From an uncultured Gammaproteobacteria bacterium (GTDB taxonomy: Bacteria > Patescibacteriota > Patescibacteriia > 2-12-FULL-60-25), in assembly GCA_964345995.1 (NCBI GenBank), contig CAYFST010000001.1, positions 269 through 64,268 on the forward strand: a DNA stretch of 64,000 nt, read 5' to 3'. Positions 38,501 to 44,344 of the stretch are shown piece by piece. How positions within the stretch are numbered: position 1 is the first letter of the stretch; each line of letters begins with the position of its first letter. A program made the position numbers and the translations under genes. Under the pieces are notes generated by a model that made no database searches, was not told the DNA's origin, and saw only the letters and a list, made by a program, of their open reading frames with translations.

Positions 38501-41500
38501 GACGATGTAGCGGGTATTGGGCTCAAGAACCTCGCTGAGTCGATAGACAAAAGCTTTGGTAGATGTTCCTTTGGTGGATAAATTACCGGGAACGGACTGC
38601 GTGCAATAAATCGCACGGGTCGGAGTGCCCGAAATCCAGGTGATTAAGGTGTTCCATCCATATACAATCCAATTCCAAAATCCTTTGGGTTCTTCCAATG
38701 TGGCCAGCGGTTCTGTTCCATCCGGGCAAGCTGTGCCACTAATTTCTTGGGCAATGGTAAAATTGCCGGCCACACTTTGCACATCCATGGGATGTTCAAA
38801 ATAAGCTTCAACTAAGATGTTACGGCAGAATCCTTGGCCGGAATTATCACCCTGCGGAAATGGCGCTTGGTTTTCATCCAGCGCGGGGCGGGGCGCGCAA
38901 CAACCGTTTTCATCTAAACCAAATCCAGAATCGCACTGGGATTCATCAGTTTTGCCACAACCGACTCCGTAGACAGCGGCGCCATCAACTTGATCATAAA
39001 CGCAGCTTAAGTCGGTGGACATTACTTGGGTCTCGGGATCAGGAGTGCCGGTACCAGGCTCTATGACGGCCAATTGTATTGGATCTGTCAGACCATCTCC
39101 CTCGCCAGCAGTGGCTCCACTTACTGTTAAGCCTGTGGTATGAAGAATACTTTCGCAAAGTTCGCCAGTTTCCAGAATTCCGTTGCCACAAAAACTGGGG
39201 TTTACGTATTTCCAAGATGAGCCCTCCAACAGGCAATTGGGTGAGCAGTGATCGCCGGCGATATTGTTTCCATCATCGCATTCTTCGCCATCTTCGAGCA
39301 CATTATTACCGCAACAATTGGGGAATGATGGATCGGGGCAAGCTTGAGAACCCAACTTAACGCATCTTTGATTATCGCAATAAGCGGGAACAGGCGAACC
39401 GGCCGCGGGAGCTTCGCAATTTTCACCGGCTTCCAAAATACCATTACCGCAAATGGACGCGACTTCCGGAGAGGATCCTGTGTGCAGGCAATTATTGGAA
39501 CAGCCTCGGCCGTTTTGATTCCCTAAATCACAATCTTCGCCTTCGGCGATATCTCCGTTGCCACAAGTGGTGCCGGGCATGGAGGTGGCTCCCAGGTTTT
39601 TGCAACCCGCTGAACAGCCGTTGTAATCACGAACTTCGCAAACACCGCCCGCATCATAACAATCATCAAATATTTGCTGAGTATTACACAGTTGACCCTC
39701 TAGACCGGAGGCTGTACTGGTTGTATCAAAACATCTGGTACCGGGGTCGCACATTTCACCTTCGGCATATTCGACAGAGTTATTACCGCAATTACCGCCC
39801 GGGACTTCTTTTAATAGACACGTGACCGGGTCACAAAGCCCGCCGCCGTCGCATTGTTCGCCAGCTCCGGATTCTATAGGTAAAAGTACGCAAGGTTGAC
39901 CGGTTTTCGCTAAACCGCCTTGGCAGAAATTATCGTCTACGGTTTCCACTATGCCGTTGCCGCAAAGAGCGGTTTGTCCAAAAATACCGTCAGAGCCTTT
40001 GGCCAAACAATTATTGGAACAGCCGTGAGGCAAAGACGCGCCCGTGTCGATAGCCGAAAAGAGGAAAGACGCAACTTGCTGATTAGGATCGTCAAATTCC
40101 CAATTGAAAGCTTGGTTGGTTTTTAGCATTTGACCATCGGCGCGACAATCGTCGGGAGCACTGATGACCTGAGCACTGAACAATTCCCTGTCGCCGATTT
40201 TTTCTTCGATTCTGCGAGTCGGCGTGATGTTTACGGCATCCGGTTGGCACTCTTCGTTTTCCAAGCGCGTGCGGAATTCCCATGTTTCAGATTGGTTCAT
40301 GGGCATACCGTGCTTGCTTTTGATCGGGTTGCCCGCGCCACCGTTTAGCCTAACATGGTAATAAGTAGCGCGCTTTAAATTTTGCACGGGTTCGATACGA
40401 ATGAAGCTATAAGGTGTGTTTTGATACTGAAGCAGAGGCGGGGTTTCGGGCAAAGTTACATTAATCGGAATTTCGACAAGATCTTCGGGCAGGCAATTTT
40501 CGGTGGCACATTCATAAACTTTGACATTTTGATAATAGTCGCCGGCTTTAATAGGATCGGCAATTAAAACCGAATTTTGACCGGCGGGCGGAGGATCGGC
40601 CCAAAGCGATGTATTCATTTGCGCCCAAATGTAGATATTTGAGCAAGCCGTATCGCAATCCGGGAATTTATCGACAACATGCGGAGTTATAAATTGAATA
40701 TAGAGATCAGCGAGGCCTGTAATTTTAGAGACATCTTCTTGAGCGCTAACGCTAACCGGAGGGTTCATGGCTTCTGAATCACCGGCGACCACTGTTTGAC
40801 TGCAAGCATTGGGAGTTGGCGAATTTTTAACCCAAGCTTTGGTTAGAGGATCTGCGGACCAATTAAATTCAAAGCCTTCGCATTTCATCAAGTTACAAAC
40901 AGCGTCTTTGGTGGCCGGTAACGCCTCGAATTCTTGCTCTTCATTACCCTCAACATAAGCTTTCCAAGGATTCACGTAAACATCGCCGATTTCACAAGGT
41001 CCGGTATCGGAACGTGTGCGAAAGCGGTAGCAATAACCGAGACCGGGTTCGGGACAATTGGTATTTTCATCCATGGTTGTTCCGTAGATCAAATCCTCGG
41101 AGCGGATTTCACTGGATACAAAGACGTAATAAGTTGTTTCAGGTTCGAGCGCGGCAGTGGGCTCGAAGGATACATAAGGATCGCCCCCGGAAATCATGGT
41201 GGGCTCCGTAGTTGACAGTTCTTCCAGCTCATCGCAGGGGTCGGCGCCTTGGCCTGTGCATTTTTGTAAGCTAAATAGAGTATTGGGACTTTGCTCGGGA
41301 GGCCAATTGATGGGAATATCAAAAAGAACTCCGATACGCGGGACCGGATCGATGCAGACTTGGTCACCGCCGGGATGATTTTGCCAAGGAGTCGGTGAAG
41401 GTAATTGATTGCCGGCGCCTGATACATCACAAAATTCGACAACGCGCGGAGTTTTGGGGACCACACCGGTGGAAAACTGCCACGAATACTGAGCTTTAAA

Positions 41501-43963
41501 GGAAACGGCTTGGCATTCTCCGTCGGCGCAGGTGCCATTAGGGCAACAGGTTTGACCGGAATCACAAACGGAAGCGTCATCGCGGCAATCGGCAACGGCA
41601 AATTGCATTGAGTTGGTATCTACTCCGGAGATACTCGCGAAAACCGGACCCGTAACCGCTTGATTGGGAACGGTAACATCGATCTGATTATCTTGCCAAG
41701 CTTGTATGTCCGCGCTCTGTCCGCTCGTAAAGACGACTTCATTACCGGGCGAAGATTGGCCTAAATTTTCACCATAGAGGGAAACATAGGAACTCGCGGG
41801 ACCGGCACTGGGATTGATGGTACATAATCCCGGGCCGGCTTGACCGTCTGTATAAGTAAAGTCAACTTGATTTGAGTTTTCAGAATCCGACCGTTCGATG
41901 TAGATGGAAAATTGAGCCGGTTTAACCACATTTGCATCCACGGAAGGAACTTTGATGACTATATTGTTATTTTTCCACCAACCTTGAGCACAACCCTCAC
42001 TAAAAGCCGAATCACCCACATACGTTTTATCCGCCGCTTTATCATAGAAATAAACTACGCCGGGGTTATTACCAAAGCGTTCACCTACAATGGACAGCAT
42101 TTGGCCACGTGGCGCTTGACCCGGATCCACATAAGTAATTACAGGCGCGGGTTGAGGCGCGTCTTTGCTTTCAATCGTAAAAGGAACCTTGTTTGATTGC
42201 AGGCCGTTTTCATGAGCGACCCAAACCGGATAAAGGCCGGGGTTGACTATGGGGGCTAAGAAGTCGATAGATGTATCACTCCAGTTTTGGCCGGCAACAC
42301 TCATGTTGCCAAAATTAATAGTACCAGCACTAGACCCCAGGTTAGCGCCATCCAATGTGACGGAAATTCCGGGTTCGCCCTGATTAGGATTGGCGGCGCA
42401 AAGGCCCGGTACCTGTTCGTCGGTTAACGTAAAGGTGAATTGTGGACCCAAAGAATCATCCGTTTGGTCGGTTAAATTACTATTGGCGTTTGTAAGTTTA
42501 ATGGGGCCGGTAGCAGCTCCTTGTGGGACTTCGACTAAAACGTAATTATCAGACCAAGTTGTGGCGCCGGCGGCCACGCATGCTTGAGGGGCCGATGCTG
42601 TAACCTCGGGAGGGCCTAAAAACGAAACTTGACCGGTATCGCCAAAATTATCACCCCATATGGATACATATGTACCTTCATCACCTGAAAGCGGTTTAAC
42701 ATCCGTAATTACAGGTTGCTCAACGCAGACTCCGTTTATGCAAAGTCCGGAAGCGCATTGACTATTAGTTTGACACGCGCCACCCGAACAAGCCAGACAA
42801 TCGGCGCCGCCACAATCCATGCCGGTTTCATCATAATTTTGCAAGTTATCAAAGCAATGCTCAGCCAATACCACAACATCAACCGATGCCGAACCTGTAT
42901 TTGTGTCTAAATCAGTGCCTAAAACATTGATTGTGTACGATTGTTTAGGTGTCTTGCCTACCGTATCCCAGAAACCTGATGATTCGAATGTCTGCGGACT
43001 AGGAGAGCTCAAAGGCCCGTCACTATGAAATAATTGACCACCTTCTTCCCATTCCATACCCGAGACACCGATATCATCTTTAGCTCGCGCCAAAACCTCT
43101 ACAGCGGTGTCGACAGGTACGCTTTTTCCATTGTATAGATTTAAGATATTGATATCAGGCGCTTGGCTGTCGACAGTATCGCCTGATGTAAAGGTAAAAT
43201 CACAACTGGGATAAAAGCCACCACAACGCAATTGCTGATTGGCTATGGAGCGTAGATCGGTTGTAATGCTTACTTGGTATTGGGTGTCAAACGCAAAACA
43301 AGTTTTTTGCGGTGCGCCGGGGCATGGGTCGGTAGGCGTAAAGATAACGCGTTTTGGGTTTCCCGGATCAACCTGCCAAGAACCGCTAACTTGCGGTGCT
43401 ATGGAAAATGCATCAAGCGTGGCATCGTCCACCTCTCTATTGAATAAAACACGGATAATCAAATTAGCATTGCCGACAGAACCTTCGGGGCTTTTGGCCA
43501 TTACTCGAAAAACATCACCGCCACCGGGGCCAAAACCTCCGCCACCGGAACCTCCGCCACCGGAACCTCCGCCACCGCCCCCCGTGCCCGTGGCCGCATT
43601 AATCAGCGAGTTGATGATGAATGAAGCTATAGCCCAGGAAAACAAGATGATAATTACTCCGATAATACCATTTCTAAGCCAAGCTTTAGCTTTATCTACC
43701 TTGGCGGCGTCTCCGCCGGCAGTCATCCACAAAAAACCGGCATAGAGTATGATGACGAGAAGCACAACACCCAAAAAGCCGAGCACTATGTTTATAAGGC
43801 GCGCGGCAATGATGCGCGGGTCAGTATCAGGTAGTTGCACGGTTTGACCCACCGCATTGAGTCCGGTATCCATCTGAGCAAAAACAGGCTGTGCAAAAGC
43901 CAGACTTGTTAATTGCAAGACTGTAAGAAATACTATAGTGATGAGTAATTTGCGGATTTTCAT
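32552..43963 (-). CDS. giant (3,803 aa) secreted/membrane-anchored Cys-rich multidomain protein with N-terminal VirB2/TrbC-like pilin module
   Basis: Uninterrupted 11,412-nt ORF with ATG at 43961-43963. I counted the residues in blocks of ten and reached exactly 3,803. The domain calls are listed as separate features. Confidence 0.85.
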   Translation of the reverse strand: MKIRKLLITIVFLTVLQLTSLAFAQPVFAQMDTGLNAVGQTVQLPDTDPRIIAARLINIVLGFLGVVLLVIILYAGFLWMTAGGDAAKVDKAKAWLRNGIIGVIIILFSWAIASFIINSLINAATGTGGGGGGSGGGGSGGGGFGPGGGDVFRVMAKSPEGSVGNANLIIRVLFNREVDDATLDAFSIAPQVSGSWQVDPGNPKRVIFTPTDPCPGAPQKTCFAFDTQYQVSITTDLRSIANQQLRCGGFYPSCDFTFTSGDTVDSQAPDINILNLYNGKSVPVDTAVEVLARAKDDIGVSGMEWEEGGQLFHSDGPLSSPSPQTFESSGFWDTVGKTPKQSYTINVLGTDLDTNTGSASVDVVVLAEHCFDNLQNYDETGMDCGGADCLACSGGACQTNSQCASGLCINGVCVEQPVITDVKPLSGDEGTYVSIWGDNFGDTGQVSFLGPPEVTASAPQACVAAGATTWSDNYVLVEVPQGAATGPIKLTNANSNLTDQTDDSLGPQFTFTLTDEQVPGLCAANPNQGEPGISVTLDGANLGSSAGTINFGNMSVAGQNWSDTSIDFLAPIVNPGLYPVWVAHENGLQSNKVPFTIESKDAPQPAPVITYVDPGQAPRGQMLSIVGERFGNNPGVVYFYDKAADKTYVGDSAFSEGCAQGWWKNNNIVIKVPSVDANVVKPAQFSIYIERSDSENSNQVDFTYTDGQAGPGLCTINPSAGPASSYVSLYGENLGQSSPGNEVVFTSGQSADIQAWQDNQIDVTVPNQAVTGPVFASISGVDTNSMQFAVADCRDDASVCDSGQTCCPNGTCADGECQAVSFKAQYSWQFSTGVVPKTPRVVEFCDVSGAGNQLPSPTPWQNHPGGDQVCIDPVPRIGVLFDIPINWPPEQSPNTLFSLQKCTGQGADPCDELEELSTTEPTMISGGDPYVSFEPTAALEPETTYYVFVSSEIRSEDLIYGTTMDENTNCPEPGLGYCYRFRTRSDTGPCEIGDVYVNPWKAYVEGNEEQEFEALPATKDAVCNLMKCEGFEFNWSADPLTKAWVKNSPTPNACSQTVVAGDSEAMNPPVSVSAQEDVSKITGLADLYIQFITPHVVDKFPDCDTACSNIYIWAQMNTSLWADPPPAGQNSVLIADPIKAGDYYQNVKVYECATENCLPEDLVEIPINVTLPETPPLLQYQNTPYSFIRIEPVQNLKRATYYHVRLNGGAGNPIKSKHGMPMNQSETWEFRTRLENEECQPDAVNITPTRRIEEKIGDRELFSAQVISAPDDCRADGQMLKTNQAFNWEFDDPNQQVASFLFSAIDTGASLPHGCSNNCLAKGSDGIFGQTALCGNGIVETVDDNFCQGGLAKTGQPCVLLPIESGAGEQCDGGGLCDPVTCLLKEVPGGNCGNNSVEYAEGEMCDPGTRCFDTTSTASGLEGQLCNTQQIFDDCYDAGGVCEVRDYNGCSAGCKNLGATSMPGTTCGNGDIAEGEDCDLGNQNGRGCSNNCLHTGSSPEVASICGNGILEAGENCEAPAAGSPVPAYCDNQRCVKLGSQACPDPSFPNCCGNNVLEDGEECDDGNNIAGDHCSPNCLLEGSSWKYVNPSFCGNGILETGELCESILHTTGLTVSGATAGEGDGLTDPIQLAVIEPGTGTPDPETQVMSTDLSCVYDQVDGAAVYGVGCGKTDESQCDSGFGLDENGCCAPRPALDENQAPFPQGDNSGQGFCRNILVEAYFEHPMDVQSVAGNFTIAQEISGTACPDGTEPLATLEEPKGFWNWIVYGWNTLITWISGTPTRAIYCTQSVPGNLSTKGTSTKAFVYRLSEVLEPNTRYIVRFEGDDDLLTADDDNIKQGIRTAVNVTAIADVGGEIANSNDWEFSWWFETGSDICRINTINIQDNGPIDPTVDYSPFYFDQAFEEHILQASAKSVQNGQAQAISPIPGLYNWQWEPWVINNPELAQTNDEQASYSQETTQSAVRVSDKSGYTWVFASLKITEDTLGNGNTKGSLVSASKPVTVFICEYPWPPRQGERFDPFRDADQSIVSNPNELWLSQLYDDLYATYPNGPFFNFQTMYCRDHENGLMPALNPSLIPLSQSDIDSGILRQYLFTFNVPAYKSDGIGIRVYRNPYMDTPLEWYRRQGFLGSPEQFEIDGYPAVRDGGTVYISFPNTTGIERNIYPNILVISHNIGASTITQEIFEQLVNNVAFNINFNFDNSNVCVKGGQTGVSQGEIYLNPAMAAPVTCVSDWDCLKIDNSPDDKLRCASFKYKLQHDIKRLADFKSIRKAMDDYYSANQRYPVLSEGTFQKSRTNSRWPSWQEQLGNQLGITMPLDPVNRLITCGLCKPVDNPATQSTVPCATDEDCNEGYFCEEQEGYNTQTCWNPEELQFKCPYMEADGSQPQTNYDPYGSEEPFAPSRFYKYRSFDAGRRYELAANFEVPPMSFVTDPQGNPLFAEKWWSAVNIGNVELKYCRTDNPISDGRWCTVDADCKPCLDPKAASCTEPAPVNSCQPAGFRYKFKNICNNDVMGISGICGDGIKGLVCAGGVNAGNQCADDSECPGSTCSAEEFCELGETKIQTCDYSAPGEADGFMLTVCEDCQRWAQDPILSVCRPKVACGNGRLDGLCGGNITDGACTSDADCEAGQTCEIQETCDDGVLNGTYGHCNLDCTGYDKYCGDGQLSPGEDCDAGSDPANGNGAYCADTAMCYGTTPLADTCGLGCTGKAPYCGDGKTNGPEQCDGEVLRTITAICSEGPYKEQPCVSNDDCGDYLCGPATGICDQNTGFQKLCRTDEDCPGTSCIINPIPNKKGLNYQSCEGFTQTRCATAASVCLSSAERKSLITGTLFANNPNIVSTYQACQTDSGCGDGQECVALNLGINCDTDAQCSNNISQGICRDYATEHIRRCKKPGVTNQCKWESTWSKCIIANYCGDGILNPGEECDDGFENGNNKACLPTCKLNVCGDGHLYTNVEECDHGVNNGKSVCQAQYGSTCNDCSLQCKILAKAGGYCGNGIKEPGEQCDGNIPVEPADYDPANYVLGSEVTTANANTIAVKGYIGEVCENPPCQIMAEGDNPTDLTCEQLGYDFALNSQLNRAIEITSSTAAKNYTCDDPSFKSCVLKAEKIINDVNNNRLLNQILIDCGLMGTESTTALHPVKNTNILTLESYWLPQNEWPSKTTFYRCVNQIGAQNGFRTVYESNDKPICTPDCKPGGCGRCSDEIGDATIHGYIMDRVWLQPVPSARVSLQYRNIVVDQKLTDENGRFEFNNLASRGECDKYKLTIDMFDNNICTEPVNERPADGCLPSIAHEFDMDIDEGERGGYWSFTTDEFSAESFPFQEMLGMIFIYPRPARGEGYLSYGRPTLLDSQGWQKLKACKENPNSPGCQDQIVNLWFPWDKMWTPHVIWPNNQARLARNMLNSGVGGGDLYQTTVDQFGGDLCSYTNRGTDQVHAENSAQRLTCARDYNWLNQGVLNLRQAPHTALICPTLKWDRAKNNNCPLIGVNACMDNCTQGLGIWKLFAEWDLNLQPNCQNFCNPKDVCSQSPLVQPMDLSRCHLEIHNAQATALFRYADPNDLDSPISGLDKPIEFYFAAPGYEPFMKESFFTAPLSDTEVEAWVAGNKPQAYASIDEYPNKILSWREYWAKTATQIYLATADTIQTFQSQDNISTREDFKKPFWHMASVSPQGQVTVHNDWQGAADLDYSQNVLGGYLLPNTADEYNNAQTAIRPEGMACWNNFGASCKYIDDEPAKHICTGPFEPGVKDIISIFDNNTKLKDSERQEFCATFWSVYGISGADHRKIYNNYPEYIQRFNVINW
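34178..34366 (-). other. carboxypeptidase-regulatory-like (transthyretin-fold) domain candidate, aa 3200-3262
   Basis: IHGYIMDRVWLQPVPSARVSLQYRNIVVDQKLTDENGRFEFNNL matches the G.V........A.V.L.......TD..G.F.F..L pattern. Confidence 0.45.
34934..36586 (-). repeat. Cys-rich repeat cluster II, aa 2460-3010
   Basis: Examples: CGDGIKGLVC, CGNGRLDGLC, ETCDDGVLNGTYGHCNLDCTGYDKYCGDGQLSPGEDCD, YCGDGKTNGPEQCDG, YCGDGILNPGEECDDGFENGNNKACLPTCKLNVCGDGHLYTNVEECDHGVNNGKSVC, YCGNGIKEPGEQCDG. Confidence 0.7.
36998..37198 (-). other. embedded pseudopilin/type IV pilin-like globular-head segment without the N-terminal hydrophobic helix, aa 2256-2322
   Basis: KLQHDIKRLADFKSIRKAMDDYYSANQRYPVLSEG......W......L..QLGITMPLDPVN. 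This follows the RD..R..D...I..AL..YY...G.YP......LP.DP pattern of T2SS-G/T4P pilin heads. Confidence 0.5.
39149..40024 (-). repeat. Cys-rich repeat cluster I (CGNG[IV].E.GE.CD...C...C type), aa 1314-1605
   Basis: Examples: CGNGIVETVDDNFC, CGNGDIAEGEDCDLGNQNGRGCSNNCLHTG, CGNGILEAGENCE, CGNNVLEDGEECDDGNNIAGDHCSPNCLLEG, CGNGILETGELCE. These resemble the Myxococcus cysteine-rich repeat / DUF4215 family (name recalled from memory). Confidence 0.7.
41594..42718 (-). repeat. four IPT/TIG-like Ig repeats, aa 416-790
   Basis: Recurring P(V/L)I(T)..P..G..G..V.I.G.NFG....V.F pattern. Examples: PVITDVKPLSGDEGTYVSIWGDNFG, PVITYVDPGQAPRGQMLSIVGERFG, CTINPSAGPASSYVSLYGENLG. Confidence 0.55.
43178..43516 (-). 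other. Ig-like (SbsA/Big-type) domain candidate, aa 150-262
   Basis: VFRVMAKSPEGSVGNANLIIRVLFNREVDDATLDAFSIAPQVSGSWQVDPGNPKRVIFTP resembles bacterial surface-layer Ig modules. The 645-aa neighbour carries similar modules. Confidence 0.4.
43517..43591 (-). repeat. Gly/Ser linker (TGTGGGGGGSGGGGSGGGGFGPGGG) encoded partly by 15-nt tandem repeats
   Basis: The plus strand reads cctccgccaccggaa twice, then cctccgccaccgcc (43536-43579). Confidence 0.85.
43592..43828 (-). other. VirB2/TrbC-like (T4SS-pilin-like) two-helix hairpin, giant protein aa 46-124
   Basis: DPRIIAARLINIVLGFLGVVLLVIILYAGFLWMTAGGDAAKVDKAKAWLRNGIIGVIIILFSWAIASFIINSLINA. Confidence 0.7.
43874..43963 (-). other. signal peptide of the giant protein
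   Basis: MKIRKLLITIVFLTVLQLTSLAFAQPVFAQ. Confidence 0.6.
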
Positions 43964-43965
43964 GA

Positions 43966-44340
43966 TTATTTTAAAGCATCGATGATTGAATCAATCGAAA
44001 AAGTGGTTATAGCCCAAGCCGAAAGCACGATAATTAAGCCGATAATGGCATTACCGATAGCGCGTTTAGCATAGTCCGTTTTTTCTTTATTGCCACCTGA
44101 TATCATAAAGAGAAAACCGGAGTGAAGGATCAGAATCACGAATATAAGTGACAGGAAACCAATAATAACATTGATGATTTCGGCCACGATCAGCCTAGGG
44201 TCTTTTTCGGCGAGATTTAACCATTCAGACAGAGCTTCTTGCCCGATATCCAATGTGCCGGCATGCGCGGGCAATACAAAAGCAACCACAGCAACTAAGC
44301 TGAGTACGAATACTGTATTTTTTTTTGGATAGTATTTCAT
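43966..44340 (-). CDS. stand-alone VirB2/TrbC-like (T4SS-pilin-like) protein, 124 aa
   Basis: Signal peptide VFVLSLVAVVAFVLPAHA, then DPRLIVAEIINVIIGFLSLIFVILILHSGFLFMISGGNKEKTDYAKRAIGNAIIGLIIVLSAWAITTFSIDSII. Start moved to the ATG at 44338-44340, 4 nt after the upstream stop. Its stop lies 2 nt before the giant gene ATG. Confidence 0.75.
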   Translation of the reverse strand: MKYYPKKNTVFVLSLVAVVAFVLPAHAGTLDIGQEALSEWLNLAEKDPRLIVAEIINVIIGFLSLIFVILILHSGFLFMISGGNKEKTDYAKRAIGNAIIGLIIVLSAWAITTFSIDSIIDALK

Positions 44341-44344
44341 AGAA

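Noticed and set aside
43239-43745. A plus-strand 168-aa ORF with a poly-Pro tract.
   Set aside because: It is the mirror image of the Gly-rich linker and pilin module of the giant gene. It has no SD and lies opposite a far longer coherent ORF.
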